From positions 177,608-241,607 of the forward strand of contig NW_018408441.1 of the NCBI RefSeq assembly GCF_002113885.1: DNA of 64,000 nt, in the 5' to 3' direction. Below are positions 36,901-49,800 of the stretch, piece after piece (position 1 is the first letter of the stretch; every line of letters starts with the position of its first letter). Source of the stretch: Mizuhopecten yessoensis. Its lineage: Eukaryota. Made by a program: the position numbers and the translations under genes. The notes under the pieces are model-generated. The model made no database searches, was not told where the DNA came from, and saw nothing but the letters and a program-made list of their open reading frames with translations.

Positions 36901-39900
36901 ACTTCTCCTTAGTAGACATCAGTAAGTACCAGTCTAGTGTGTTGTAAGTACATGTACCATATATGACCACGAATAAGACCCAACTCCCAAATAAGCCCCG
37001 TCCTCACTTTGGCAAATGTCGTAGGAACGGGGAGGGTGCTTGCAATTAAGGTACTGGTAGCACCCAGACTTTGTGAAGAGTACCATTCGTTGCAAACAGT
37101 AACTTTTTGATCATAAGACAAGTCATAAGGAGCTCGTTCAGCTGTAAGGGAGTCAAGACTGGCCTATTCTTTTCGGAGCCTCTGTAGGCACAATGACCTA
37201 TTTTGGAGACCAGAAAGTCTTTTGATTGAGGTCTGGATCTCTATAGAGTGATGTGTTTAAGCTCTCCTGTAACAAGACACCAGAGAAAAAAGCTATCGCA
37301 TCTGGACACAAACAACAGGGCATATGATTTACTTCAAATTGTCTTTGTCAGCCCATACTGGTAATTAAAATAGTAATCATATGTTCTACCAAAGAGGACA
37401 AACCTGGAAGCTCCAGGTGTTGTATGTTAAAGATACTTTGAATGCGTCAGTAAGTCTGTGTGCATTGGTTCCATATGCACCTTTGGCAGTTCATGGCACT
37501 TCAGGATATCGGAAAATTTTCGCCGTAATTTAACTATTGCCTTTTTTTCGCCCACCCCAACGATAGCAAATTTGTCATGACACAAAATTAAAGGACACAA
37601 TATACAATATATAGTAATTACATGTTAAGGGTAAAATATACACAGGGCGAACAGTGATTTTATCGGCAAAGGGCAGATATTTGACTGGGTGAAAGTTACC
37701 TGGTACACTGTATATTTGAAATAACTGTTTTGACATCTGATTTAAGAAAATACTTGCAATTGTTTAGTTTTGTATTTGGAAGAACATTAAACCTGTTTAA
37801 GTATATTGGTATCATTTTTATAACTCCAGGGGCTTCCGTATTGGGTTCAACAGTCTCTGTGCCTTTGCATCCGTCAATCATCAACACCTCCACGCCTACT
37901 ATCTAGAACAAGAACTGTTTGTGGAATCCTGTGTAAGTCATTGTCTATGTTGTTAGATGTGGAGTTTGTGATATAAACATAAATTTGCACGTTGTTTCTT
38001 TATACATGCTTAAGAGAAAATTCATGAAAACACATTATACGAGTGCTTTCTAGGATTGTTCTGATATTATACCAAGGTGAATTGTTGCACTTAATGAGGC
38101 ATTCTTTCAAATTGGATTTGTATGTATGACAATTATTAAACTATTGAGCAGATTTGCAATGATATTTCCATAAATCAACATATTCGAAATTGTACCCAAA
38201 ACATGCATTGAAATTTCTCTCCACATAAGGTTGTATACATGCCATCCACTTGGCATTTCGGGCATGTATGGCTTACCTGGAAATTTAAGCTGGATTGTTG
38301 GTAAAAATGTCGGTCATGTTGATATTGTTGGCATCCCCTCACCTCTTCAAGCTGTATGTCAAATAGTATCCTCCTAGGCTGTAGGGTTCCTTAGAGGAAG
38401 TCGTTTAAGGAAAAGGTTTGTGACAAAACAGATAATGATGAATACTGTACTAAGGCATAAGCTAACAGGATCTTTCTGCCAAATGAGTTAGAACTGGGCG
38501 TTAGGGACCTTTCATTGCTAAACCGACACAATAGAGATTGTTATAACTACCAGTTAAACATTGTTATGTTGACAGCCTGTGAAACACCTGAAGGGAATCC
38601 TGTACGAGTTAGAGGTCATGCCCACCAAGGGATTTGTGTTCCAGTTACATGGATCAACAGTAGAGGATGTCTCCAGGTAAATGCTTTCATCCGTACACAC
38701 AGATAAATGAGAGAAGCAATCTCCAGGTCAGTTCCTTTAGACATATATACACAGGTCAATGATAGAGGAATACAGAAAGCCTGACTTTACATAGCTCTTG
38801 TTTACGTTGTTAACCTTAGTTACTTTTATTTTAGGGTGGTATACCTGGTGGCAGATTACATGCAGAGATCTGAGATAGCCCACAACCTGTTTATGACACG
38901 TGGTACAGTGTTTGGGGAAGACAGGACCAGTCGGAACAGGACTATCAGGCTGTTTTTGTGGCCAAGGAAAAAGTTTATAGGTACACAAACTATCACTTTA
39001 CGGGTGATGTTTTACGCTTATTACTGAAAGGCTTTTTTCATTTCCATAAATCGTGGTGCATTTTGATTTAAAAGAAGGTTGAAAAAAAGAGGAATACAAA
39101 AATATGTCCCACATAATGATCCCCTTTCCACTGCCAATAACTTATAATAAGTGTTCATTTTTTTTTCTGGTATGACTTGTTACAGCTTTGATAAATCATT
39201 TCTGAAAAGAAAGCCATACCTTGTGGGACATTAATGAGAAACAATAAAGATGAGATAAACAAAACAGAATCAACAAAAGTGTTCTGAATGTAAAATTTCT
39301 GCTGGGGTAGACCAGGATTTGAACCCTAGTTATCAGATTGTCATACTATCATTCTAACAAATTGGTCAATGGAAATGTCCTGACCCAACTGTGCTACACT
39401 TATATCCAGGTGGAAGGTAAAGGGGGATTACTGTATATAGATTATTTTTTTATATGTTTATTCCAAAATTTACTTTAAGATTAAGTCCAGATGACTGATG
39501 ATGTAAATTAAGTATCATTATCCAATGTAAAAGTGTGTATGTTTAACAAGTAAGATACCATTATCCAGGTGTGAAGGAAGAGGCATGTTTTAATGTGGCA
39601 GTGGTGGAGCTGGCAGGACACCTACCTATCAAAAGTAGGTACCTCAGAAAAATCTCTCAAACACTGCAGAGATAACTCTTTAACATGGGCAAACCTTACA
39701 AACACACCTTGTGCAAAGAGAAAATTTGGAATAGATTTGTTTAAGTCTAAAGGTGATTAAAGTAACTGAAAAAAAAGGAAAATATTTAAGAGTGTATCCA
39801 GACAATATATTATTCCTAATTTGAATCAGTGGGGGGATTAATTAAGTACTGATTAGCGATACCTTGTAACAAAGTCCCGAGATAACTTTTCGACTGCTGT

Positions 39901-40042
39901 TTTAGTTGCTGAGATGTATGAGGGGCTTACAGAGGAGACCGTCAATGATACCATTAGGTCAGCTCAGCTAGACGAGGCAGAGTACCAGACAGTGAAGGAC
40001 AATGTTCTACAGTTGTACAAGCCCACCTGTAGCTCCAGTTAA
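30922..40042 (+). CDS. GDPGP1: GDP-D-glucose phosphorylase 1 (HIT family), 11 exons, about 372 aa
   Basis: Exons 30922-30942 (tentative start, MQTGVFQ), 32275-32358, 32547-32663, 33290-33487, 34145-34231, 36863-36921, 37830-37932, 38576-38676, 38835-38980, 39569-39634 and 39906-40042 are in frame. Motifs: [69 protein letters not shown] (HIT), [26 protein letters not shown]. Confidence 0.93.
34225..35595. repeat. Minisatellite, 51-56-bp unit, about 26 copies, starting at the GDPGP1 exon 5 donor
   Basis: Unit CCTACCAGTACCACAATAAATTCATTATCATC(TCATC)TATATACTACTTTATAACA; the first unit overlaps CCCCAG|GTAATCCCCAGTAAACATCATTATC. Confidence 0.96.
35693..35765 (+). pseudogene. Degenerate intronic copy of GDPGP1 exon 5 (pseudo-exon)
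   Basis: TCCCTTAGAGTATGGCCATG..TGTGTACTTACTCAGACCCCAGG versus the real exon TCCCTTGGAGTATGGCCATG..TGTGTACTCATTCAGACCCCAGG. Confidence 0.75.
36065..36302 (-). mobile_element. tRNA-derived SINE with a V/Meta-type core
   Basis: The reverse strand has a tRNA-like head, core GGGTTTTCTCTAGGTACTACAGTTTCCTCCCAC and tail AACATCCAGGCCAACAAGAGT..ATAAGTTGA, shared with the copy at 53000-53250. Confidence 0.75.
39180..39440. mobile_element. Dispersed repeat with a reverse tRNA-like segment (second copy at 50235-50500)
   Basis: AGCTTT..TAAATCATTTCTGAAAAGAAA.CCATACCTTG.GGGA.. through CTGTGCTACA.TTATATCCA..GGGGGA.TTACTGTA is shared by both loci. Confidence 0.7.
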
Positions 40043-41677
40043 TGACGGCTGATAACTAGAATTTTACATACACAGTGTACTACACTCTATTTACACTGGA
40101 CACCTTGAGAACACATACTTTGCCTTTGTTGCAGAGGATTTGGATTTACTTAATAGACATTGATGGGACCAAATGTTTTGGCAATTGTAGACAAAAGTCC
40201 TGATCATACAGTCCAGTATAGACAAGAGTTTACTGCATTGTTATTTTATGTCACTGAATTATCTATGTAAGGTCCAAAGCCTGTGGGAAATTTAGATGGG
40301 GACGATTGTACGGTGTGAATTTATGGAGAATGCTAGTAGGAAATATTGTAAAACATATCTGTTGTAAATACTTATTCAATTTGTGCAATCATAGCTGACA
40401 CATATATATTTAAGTAAAATTCCTTTCCATTCAAACTGAATCTGTTCCATTTGCCTACCATGACCATCTCAAGTCTGTAATGAGAATTTATGCACTTGAG
40501 AAAATTTTAATTGGAAATACTATTAACAAAGAAATACTGGTACACCTCTCAAGAAAAACAAGAAAAGTGTAAGAATTAAACTCGTGACCTTTCCATTGCA
40601 AAGCCTACACTTTACCGATGTTGCAATACAGGAACTACCAGCAATGAAATTAGTGTCCAATCTATGGGCTGCAAAGCATATGCAAAATCTGACAGGGGAA
40701 GTGACTCTAACCTAAAAAAAATCATTTTGGTTGCTTTATCTCCTATATAGAGGGGAGACTACTACAAGTAAAACTCTGAGTGGAACTCTTCTTGGTGATT
40801 ATAACTGATGCAGTGTTACACCTTAAGTTAAAGGTAATAGACATCGCATCAAAATAATTATGTTAAGGATTTGATGGTGGTTAAAAAATGTATTCATGAA
40901 TTTGGCTTACATTCCTTGTATTGTGATAAAATAACCTCCACTTTGTTTTCATTTCATGTAAGATTTATGAAACTCATCCCAAATTTTTTTGTTTAGCTTG
41001 GCACAGCCTTGCTGATATGATAGTGGTGTTTAATGTGAATATTTTCAATGTTTATTTATAATAATATTTTTTAATGATATATTTTTAAATGAAGCCTTAT
41101 AAAAGGACAAAAAACAAGGAAAACAGTATCTTAATGTTCATATATTTACAGTAAAGATAAGAGGTCGCATATTTTATGTTCAGATAAAAGCACTTTTGCA
41201 GGGATATAAAATAGACCAAAGAAGATAGAGTGAATAGGGTCTTCAAAGAATATAGCGAGATTAGTATAGGAGGGACGGCTCCCAGTGTAGACCGAGAGGA
41301 ATGTAGGGACCAAATATCACAGGAAGTGAAGACAGGGACACAGAGCCAGGTTTAGAAATGTCATACTTTTGTCTATTAACAAATAAAAGTACTATAGATG
41401 TAAATGTGTGAAGAATTTTACCCGTTCTCAATTGGTATTTATTTTACTCATATTTTGTATACGTATGTACCACATTCAGCATAATATAAGTAAAGAACAG
41501 ATCATCTGCAGGTCAGGTTGATGAACCTCCTGTTAGTCATATCGTACCAGAAAGACAGCACTATTTCGTGTATTTATGTAATTATTCACTAACTAATTCA
41601 GTGTTAGTGAGGACATAACATTGTTACTTTTACTATAGTTTACTGTGGATATTAAAAAGACTTAATGTAGTTGGGTG

Positions 41678-41889
41678 CATCTTCGCAAGCCAAGGGTTCG
41701 CTTCGTATACACTCCTCACTGGGCGCCGCCATTACTATTTACCCTTTTCAACAGCGCTATATGTAAGACGTTATTTCATTGGATGCGAGCGATTGCCATC
41801 GCGCGATAATTTGAAGGCTCGTAAACACGGCTATATCTGCCAAGGGTAAGTGGAGTGTATACGAAGCGAACCCTTGGCTAGCGAAGATG
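41678..41889. mobile_element. 212-bp MITE with a 9-bp TSD (AcademH- or MuDR-type)
   Basis: About 40-bp TIRs CATCTTCGC.AGCCAAGGGTTCGCTTCGTATACACTCC; perfect TSD AGTTGGGTG at 41669-77 and 41890-98. Confidence 0.9.
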
Positions 41890-43850
41890 AGTTGGGTGAT
41901 GCTAATGTTCGGAAGAGATTAAATGATTTTATAATTAGGTAAGAAAAGACTTTGTCACATCACCTTGTGTACTAGCTACCCAAGGCACAGTAGTTATGTA
42001 GCTGGGGCAGCATGTGGGTCATTGGATCGTAGATAAATCTTCATGTAAGAAATAAATTTATTGTTTTGTATACATAAAGGGAGAGAGTTCTAACATATAT
42101 GTTAGTGGCAGACGGCACCTGCTTTTTTTAAAACAAGGAATCTCTGTAACAGTTGTATTATCTGACCTTTTAACTATCTTTCTGTGAAGCTTATCAGGAT
42201 GTCTAATGATTATAGAAAAAGACCAAAGAGGTAATCTGGGGTGTTTTGATAAAACATTTCATGGAACCAAGTTATTTTGTGACGGTGATGGATGCTCAGC
42301 GTGTGCCGACCATTTTCTTCATATATTTATATATTTTATCAATATTTCTAATTTTGTAGCACCAGTAACAACTTGTGATGATATTTTATTGCAATTCTTG
42401 AAAAAAATGTTTGGTATAAAAAGTCTATTTACACCTGTATACATTTATTTGTACATGTATAATAATTTGTATTTCTATGTGAAAAGCGTTAAATGAAGAC
42501 ATTTTGTAAAAGCTGAAGATTTCATTGCCTTTCTTTTTCCTTGTTTATAGAAAAAGCAGTCAATTAAAACATTGCTCACTTCAGTTGTAAACAGTAACGG
42601 GTTTCTTTTGCAACTACTATAGTTATGGATCGACTCTTTCTAGAGCATGCATATCTTTAATGTACTCCATTACAAAGTTGTGTATGCCAATTTCTCCCAC
42701 AACCACTATTAAAATATAGGTTTCCTCACTCCCGACTCATTGTATAAACACGCCAGGAGATGTTAAACTATTTTGGTTACCCACTAGTTGGTAACAACCT
42801 GGATGATTTCAACCATCTTTCTTTTAATTATGACATCAAGTAACAATGCTTTGTGATGTCATCTTCCATTGTGACGTCATAGTTCATAGCCATTGATTGC
42901 CCATTCAGAAACAGTAATAATGTACAGATTCATTCCTCAGAGAAACATGGTTTTCTAGATATATATAGTATCTGAATGTTGTGGGAGAAAACGATCCCCA
43001 AACTTCTGACGGTTGGTTATCATGTTTATTTAACTCTCGTTAGTTACTTTTCAAATTGTATAAAGACACGAGGTATGATTACCAACCATCACTCTTTGGG
43101 GAACCTCGATATCTCTTGGTGTGGCCGAGTATTGCATACTGAAATTGGGTTTGTACCTCCCTGTGTACATACAATTATGGCCCTTTGCTCACTTGTACCT
43201 CCCTGTGTACAATTATGGCCCTCACTGCACATCATATTGTCCTCCATGGGAGATCTCATATATTCTTGTGACCTACAGTTAACAAAACTATTTTTTTTAC
43301 TAGTGACCTCCCTGGATGATGGAGCTTCACATGCTAAAATTGGGTCCTCTGTTCCACTCTGTACAGTATTATGGACTTTTGTTCATTTTATGATAAACAA
43401 TTTGTCAGGAGGAAGATTGAATGCAATGTTTTTCCTTGCTATATACAGATGATAAAGAAAATATAAGATTTCTTAATAACATAACTTTAATGATTACAGA
43501 ATACAATGAAGCAAGCTTTCCACATTCTTGAGGTACATAAATATATGTGTAAAGCAGAAAAAAAGGACTGAAATAACAAATTGCTTATCTCTGTAGGTAA
43601 TACTATACAGTATCTGAACTGACTTTCTATGAACATTTTCATTTCATGAAGAATGCACTTTTCCCGAAAGAGCTACTTGTCACAAAAAATGGCATATTGA
43701 AACAACACAATGTCCTTTTAGTATACAGGTCCAAATAGGAAAGCAGCAAAACAATGGTTTTCATACTTGACATCATGATGATGATAGAAAAAATATACTG
43801 TCAATAAGTTGAGCACGCATATTTTGTCACTTAGTTGAGCACGTGTTGGT

Positions 43851-46800
43851 CTATAGAGAACCACTGTGGACTGAGGATTTCTGGAACGTTCCAATACTAC
43901 ATAGGATGTATTCCCTGCAAAACAAAGTAAAAGTTATTTCATTTAAAACATAAATCATTACGTATGTTTGACAGGAAAGTATTCAAATTTAACCAAAGTA
44001 ATGGTGACTTCTAGAGTCTATCACATTTAGGTGTGGGGGATAGGGAGATTCTAACCAAGGGTTTAGAACTTAGGTCAGAACTGGGGGTTTGCTGAGGTTT
44101 GAGACTAAATTCTTCTCCCTAGAGTAGATAACTTCCTACCTTCAATACACTACCTACATGATGAATGGTTCATTTTGTCTCGTCGCTTAACCAGGATTTT
44201 GGTAAAAAAAACCACCAACCATGACATTGTGAATGAAATCAACAAATATACACTGTAGTAGTTTTTCTAGAAACCATACAAATTAACCAAGAACCTATTT
44301 GGAAAGAATATTGTTTTTATGCACCTGTCTCCACAGGAAATGTTAACATTTCTTCATAGAAACTCCCCCATATCTATCTCACAGGGGTGATGATTTTTTT
44401 CACTTACGGTTAGATAGTTTTAATATCAAGAAACACTAGGCTTACCTTGCTTTCTCTGCCATTTTGTTTGCAGTCCAGCGAGGGCTGTATGGGTAGTCAT
44501 TGTACGTCTCGGTGTATGGCTTGCCTTTGGACTCGTGGTAGATTGACTGGAAAGTAAAGATGGGAGGCTCCTGGGGGAAGAATGAGGGCAGCTCCACTGC
44601 AAACAGAACAATACATTATCTGAGAGTCAGTAATTATGTACATATACTGTTATTGTAACAGTGAGCACAAAGTCAGTCTATAATGTTGTTCTGTTGAACC
44701 ACTAGTAAGCTTGGATAGGTACATGACTTAAAATTTCTCAAACTGGCTATGAATGCCCCCACACCCATCTAAAATTAGTTTCATTGGTAACATCCTTATA
44801 TAGATTAGTAATATCAACTCTAACCATGGCACCCTGAAATCTGAACTATTGTTAACCCTTTCACCCCTATGTAACTTTAGTAGACTTTACCATACATTGA
44901 TATGGATGAGTCCATTATGGTTTACAGTGGTGAAAGGGTTAAGGTACAATGTATCATCACACTTCTTTAATTCAGTCAGAAAATTAATACATCTTCCTTG
45001 CATTCATTTTTGTGAAGTTTGTGAAATATAGTCACTACAGCGTGGCAAAATCTAATATATTTTTTTTTTTACTTTTAAATCTAATGGTGACCATTGCCAA
45101 GACCTCGGCATATCGCATTCTGAAACATGAAACTTCATCCCAGGATGGCAAGACACATGTATTCTCATAAAAAAATTGGTGAATAAAATTTGATCAAAAG
45201 CACTACAAAGTGAATCAGTTTACTTTTCTATTAATAGTAACAGTGACCTTAGCCTTGACTTGGAGACCATGAAACGTTAACTCTATCAAAGTTATTCTTA
45301 TACCTGACTTGTATTGTTTTCCTGTTTTATTAGTGAAATGACATAACACTGCTTTGATGCCATCCATTTCTGTACTTCAAAACACTAATATCCACACTCT
45401 CTACCATTTTTTCTATGGTCATCACATATACCAAAATGGCGAGGGCATGACAAGTGTCATGAGTTATTATATCATAGCTCCATTGTCTTTAATTAACAAT
45501 CATTATGGCTAACAATCGTTATCAAACAAGGGGCTAACATATTTTACATTTTTAACATGAGTTGTGCTGAACTTACCATAAAGTATGAAGAAGAAATCAT
45601 TCCATTCAAAAAGAAATGAAATCCTAGTAAATACTTCTGCGTCATATTCCAACACTGATCTGAAAATATGTATGAATTAAACACTTGACAAGAATATAGC
45701 AACATACATGAAAATCTGTATAGCAGTAGGTGTTTTGTACATCTCCAGTCAACTAAAGTTTATCATACTTCTAGCCAACAGAAATTTATCATACTTCTAG
45801 CCAATAGAAGTTTATCATACTTTTAGCCAATAGAAGTTTATCATACTTCTAGCCAATAGAAATTTATCATACATCTAGCCTATAGAAGTTTATCATACTT
45901 TTAGCCAATAGAGGTTTATCATACTTCTAGCCGATATAAATTTATCATACTTCTAGCCACCAGAAATTTATCATCCTTCTAGCCAATAGAAGTTTATGAT
46001 ACTTCTAGCCAATAGAAGATTATCATACTTCTAGCCAATTGAAGTTTATCATACTTCTATCCAATAATAATTTATTATACTTCTAGCCAATAGAAATTAT
46101 TATACTTCTAGCCAATAGAAATGAATCATACTTCTAGCCAATAAAAATTTATTATACTTCTAGCCAATAGAAGTTTATGATACTTCTAGCCAATAGAAAT
46201 TATTATACTTCTAGCCAATAGAATTTTATCATACTTCTAGCCGATATAAATTTATCATACTTCTAGCCACCAGAAATTTATCATCCTTCTAGCCAATAGA
46301 AATTATTATACTTCTAGCCAATAGAAATTATTATACTTCTAGCCAATAGAAATCTATCATACTACTAGCCAATAGAAGATTATCATACTTCTAGCCAACA
46401 GAAATTTATCATACTCCTAGCCAATAGAAGTTTATGATACTTCTAGCCAATAGAAATTATTATACTTCTAGCCAATAGAAGTTTATCATACTTCTAGCCA
46501 ATTGAAGTTTATCATACTTCAAGCCAATAGAAATTTATCGAAAGTGAAAAAACATACCAGGTAGATATAAGAAATTTGTGTAACCAGTTTTAACTAAATC
46601 CTGAATAATCAGAAACCTGTGAAAGTTAAGAACTTCAACAAGTATTTGACCTGGTATCTGCAAACTGTGTATCTGAACAAATGTTTTAGTCCTTGTGGTG
46701 TTCTGTTTGACTGGTTTTGACTGTTTTATTTTACGCAAATACTATGTACAGTGTAATAAAAGATCTGGGTTTAATCAGAATGGTTTTTTCTCTATATGTT

Positions 46801-49800
46801 TTCATTGGGTAGTCATAATTCTGCTATATACAGTTATGCAACTGATATGAAGAAGTTTTATTATAAAAACAATCAACTTTTGCATGTTTTTCTTTTCTCA
46901 CGTTTCTTAAAAGATTGATAAATGAAAACACTGAAATTTGAAATATCATCAATACTGAAGTCAGTAATGCTCACCTGCCAAAGGTACTGAGAAAGGCAGC
47001 TATGTACTCTTTCTTCTTCTCGTGAACATTTGATATCTGGTCCACCTAAGTATATATAACACAGACTGTAATTACATAATTTAGACTGATATGTATTAAG
47101 TGACAATAACATGTAATACACGTACATGTGTAAGGATAAAAATGATTTTGGACATTTTCAGTCAACACCACATCGAGAATGTTTGTGTTTATGTTCATAC
47201 TTGTAGATTTTCTAAATTCTGAAAAGATAAGTGATCAGACGATGAATCATGGATAAGTATTACCAATCAATCAATCTCCAACAAAAGTTATTCATTTATA
47301 TGAATCCATGTGAATAAAATGAGTCCCTGATAACCAGAATCTTTATCTTGGTTTATAAAGGTTCCCATCAATTTAAAACTATCTGGTTTTATTGAAGTTT
47401 CCTTCAACCTGAAACCTTGTCTTGTTTTCCTATTATCAGAAATTTTACCTTGTTCTGTAAAAGTTCACAGACATTTGGAACATAATCCAGCAGACAGCCA
47501 CCACTGGGATAGGGAGGAATCCTCAGGTTAGCCGACCCTCCAAGGGCACTGGGAAACACAGGTACAATCGTATTTATGGTTTATTGACTACATCAGAAAT
47601 TATAAGTAGTGGTTCGTGATAGGGATATTTCCTGTTTTTTTGTCCCATCTTTACCTCACATAGATTATGGTATACCCCTCACCACAACCATTCCCCCTAA
47701 CTCCCCCACTTTGCCCTTGATCTTTGACCCTTTAACCTTGACGGATGATCCCCAAAAACAAATCAGCTATAGAACTTGATATTAACATACTTATAACTAC
47801 TATGGATGAATGCACACCCTGTACAGACGCACTGACAAAGCAATTACTATATAACCCCCATTACTGGTAATGATGTTATTTGGGTTATAAAAAAGAAACC
47901 CTAATGAACAAATGAAATGGACAGATGTTTGGCGTCGGGTGTTGATTGTACTGTTATTTTTTTTATTTCAGGAGACGGGTACACTTTAGGCTGTGGGTGG
48001 GTTAATTATCAATGTTTTGGAGGAGGACTTACTTTTCTACTCTGCGTGTTTGGGGAGGGTATTTTCCTACTTTAGGTGAGAGGTGCATTGACAGTTTAAT
48101 CTGTGAAATTGGAAGGGGAGCAGGGTAGGAACTTACCACTGGTAACTTGTTTACTGAAGGTGCGTGGTGTATTGAGACTTTTTGCTGTGTAGTGGGTAGG
48201 TACTAACCCCTGGTAACTTTTTTACTGAAGGTGTGAGGTGTATTGAGGCTTTCTGCTGTGTAGTGGGTAGGTATTTACCCCTGGTAACTTTTGTACTGAA
48301 GGTGCGAGGTGCATTGAGACTTCCTGCTGTGTAGTGGGTAGGTACTTACCACTGGTAACTTTTCTACTGAAGGTGCGAGGTGCATTGAGACTTTCTGCTG
48401 TGTAGTGGGTAGGTACTTACCCCTGATAACTTTTTTACTGAAGGTGTGAGGTGTATTGAGGCTTTCTGCTGTGTAGTGGGTAGGTATTAACCCCTGGTAA
48501 CTTTTGTACTGAAGGTGCGAGGTGCATTGAGACTTCCTGCTGTGAAGTGGGTAGGTACTTACCCCTGGTAACTTTTCTCCTGAAGGTGCGAGGTGCATTG
48601 AGACTTCCTGCTGTGTAGTGGGTAGGTACTTACCCCTGATAACTTTTCTACTGAAGGTGCGAGGTGCATTGAGTCTTCCTGCTGTGTAGTGGGTAGGTAC
48701 TTACCCCTGCTAACTTTTCTACTGAAGGTGCGAGGTGCATTGAGACTTCCTGCTGTGTAGTGGGTAGGTACTTACCCCTGATAACTTTTCTACTGAAGGT
48801 GCGAGGTGCATTGAGACTTTCTGCTGTGTAGTGGGTAGGTACTTACCCCTGGTAACCTTTCTACTAAAGGTGTGAGGTGCATTGAGACTTTCTGCGCTGT
48901 GAAGTGGGTAGGTACTTACCCCTGGTAACTTTTCTACTGAAGGTGCGAGGTAAGTTTCAGAAGAAGGATTACTTGTTTCCCTCTTTTAAGTACAAATTTA
49001 TGTGGAGTAGGGTGACCTACATTTTAACAATAGTGAGAGGTAAGTTCTGGGAGGGGGAGGTTGCCTACATTTCTACTTGAGATACGAGGTAAGTTGTAGT
49101 AGGAGGGTTACTTACTTTTCTACTCTAGGTGAGAGGAACAGTTGTAGTAGGAGGGTTACTTACTTTTCTACTCTAGGTGAGAGGTAAGTTGTGGTAGGAG
49201 GGTTACTTACTTTTCTACTCTAGGTGAGAGGTACAGTTGGGGACTTATCCGTGAAGTGTTGGGGGAGGGGAAGTTGACTAGTAAAACGGCTGAGTCCTCT
49301 CCAGGATTGTCCTGTAACAAACAGTGTATATCAACACCATTCTTTATCTAATTAAAAATCTGATCTCTCATTGCACATGTGTTTCTGTACTTTTCGGTGT
49401 ACAAAGAAGTACAATTTCTGTCATATTTGGTAATTAATTTGTCAGTTCTGAAGAACGAAAAAGCACAAGCTGTTGAAACTAGGTGTCTTTCTGAAGTTAT
49501 GAATTATGATTTACTTACAGTTATCACATGACCAAAATGTCAAAAGAGAGCTTATGTTTTAATCTTCATCCCCTCTCAAGTTACTTACTACTAATATAAA
49601 CTTCAATACCAGGATCGGGTTCCTATAAATTTACCAGATCTTTTTTCTTAAAATTCATCATTATTAATGATGAATGTTAATTACCTGATCTGAATAGTTG
49701 TTTGGATTTGATAATTGATTATAAGGATTAAACACTAATTACATGGACTCACCTTGGTTAGGTAAGCTGGGATCTTTGTAAAATCTACTGACATTTTGAC

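Noticed and set aside
42976-43452. 158-aa ORF
   Set aside because: Low-information translation across decayed repeat sequence downstream of BABAM2; no motifs.
46559-46657. Exon-like segment (TTTGCAG..CCTG|GTATGT) in BABAM2 intron 8
   Set aside because: In the required phase it hits a stop, and BABAM2 homology is continuous without it; at most a poison exon, with no support.
48275-48598. 107-aa ORF
   Set aside because: Translation of the 71-bp intronic array; its echo of BABAM2 exon 6 reflects the repeat's origin, not a separate gene.
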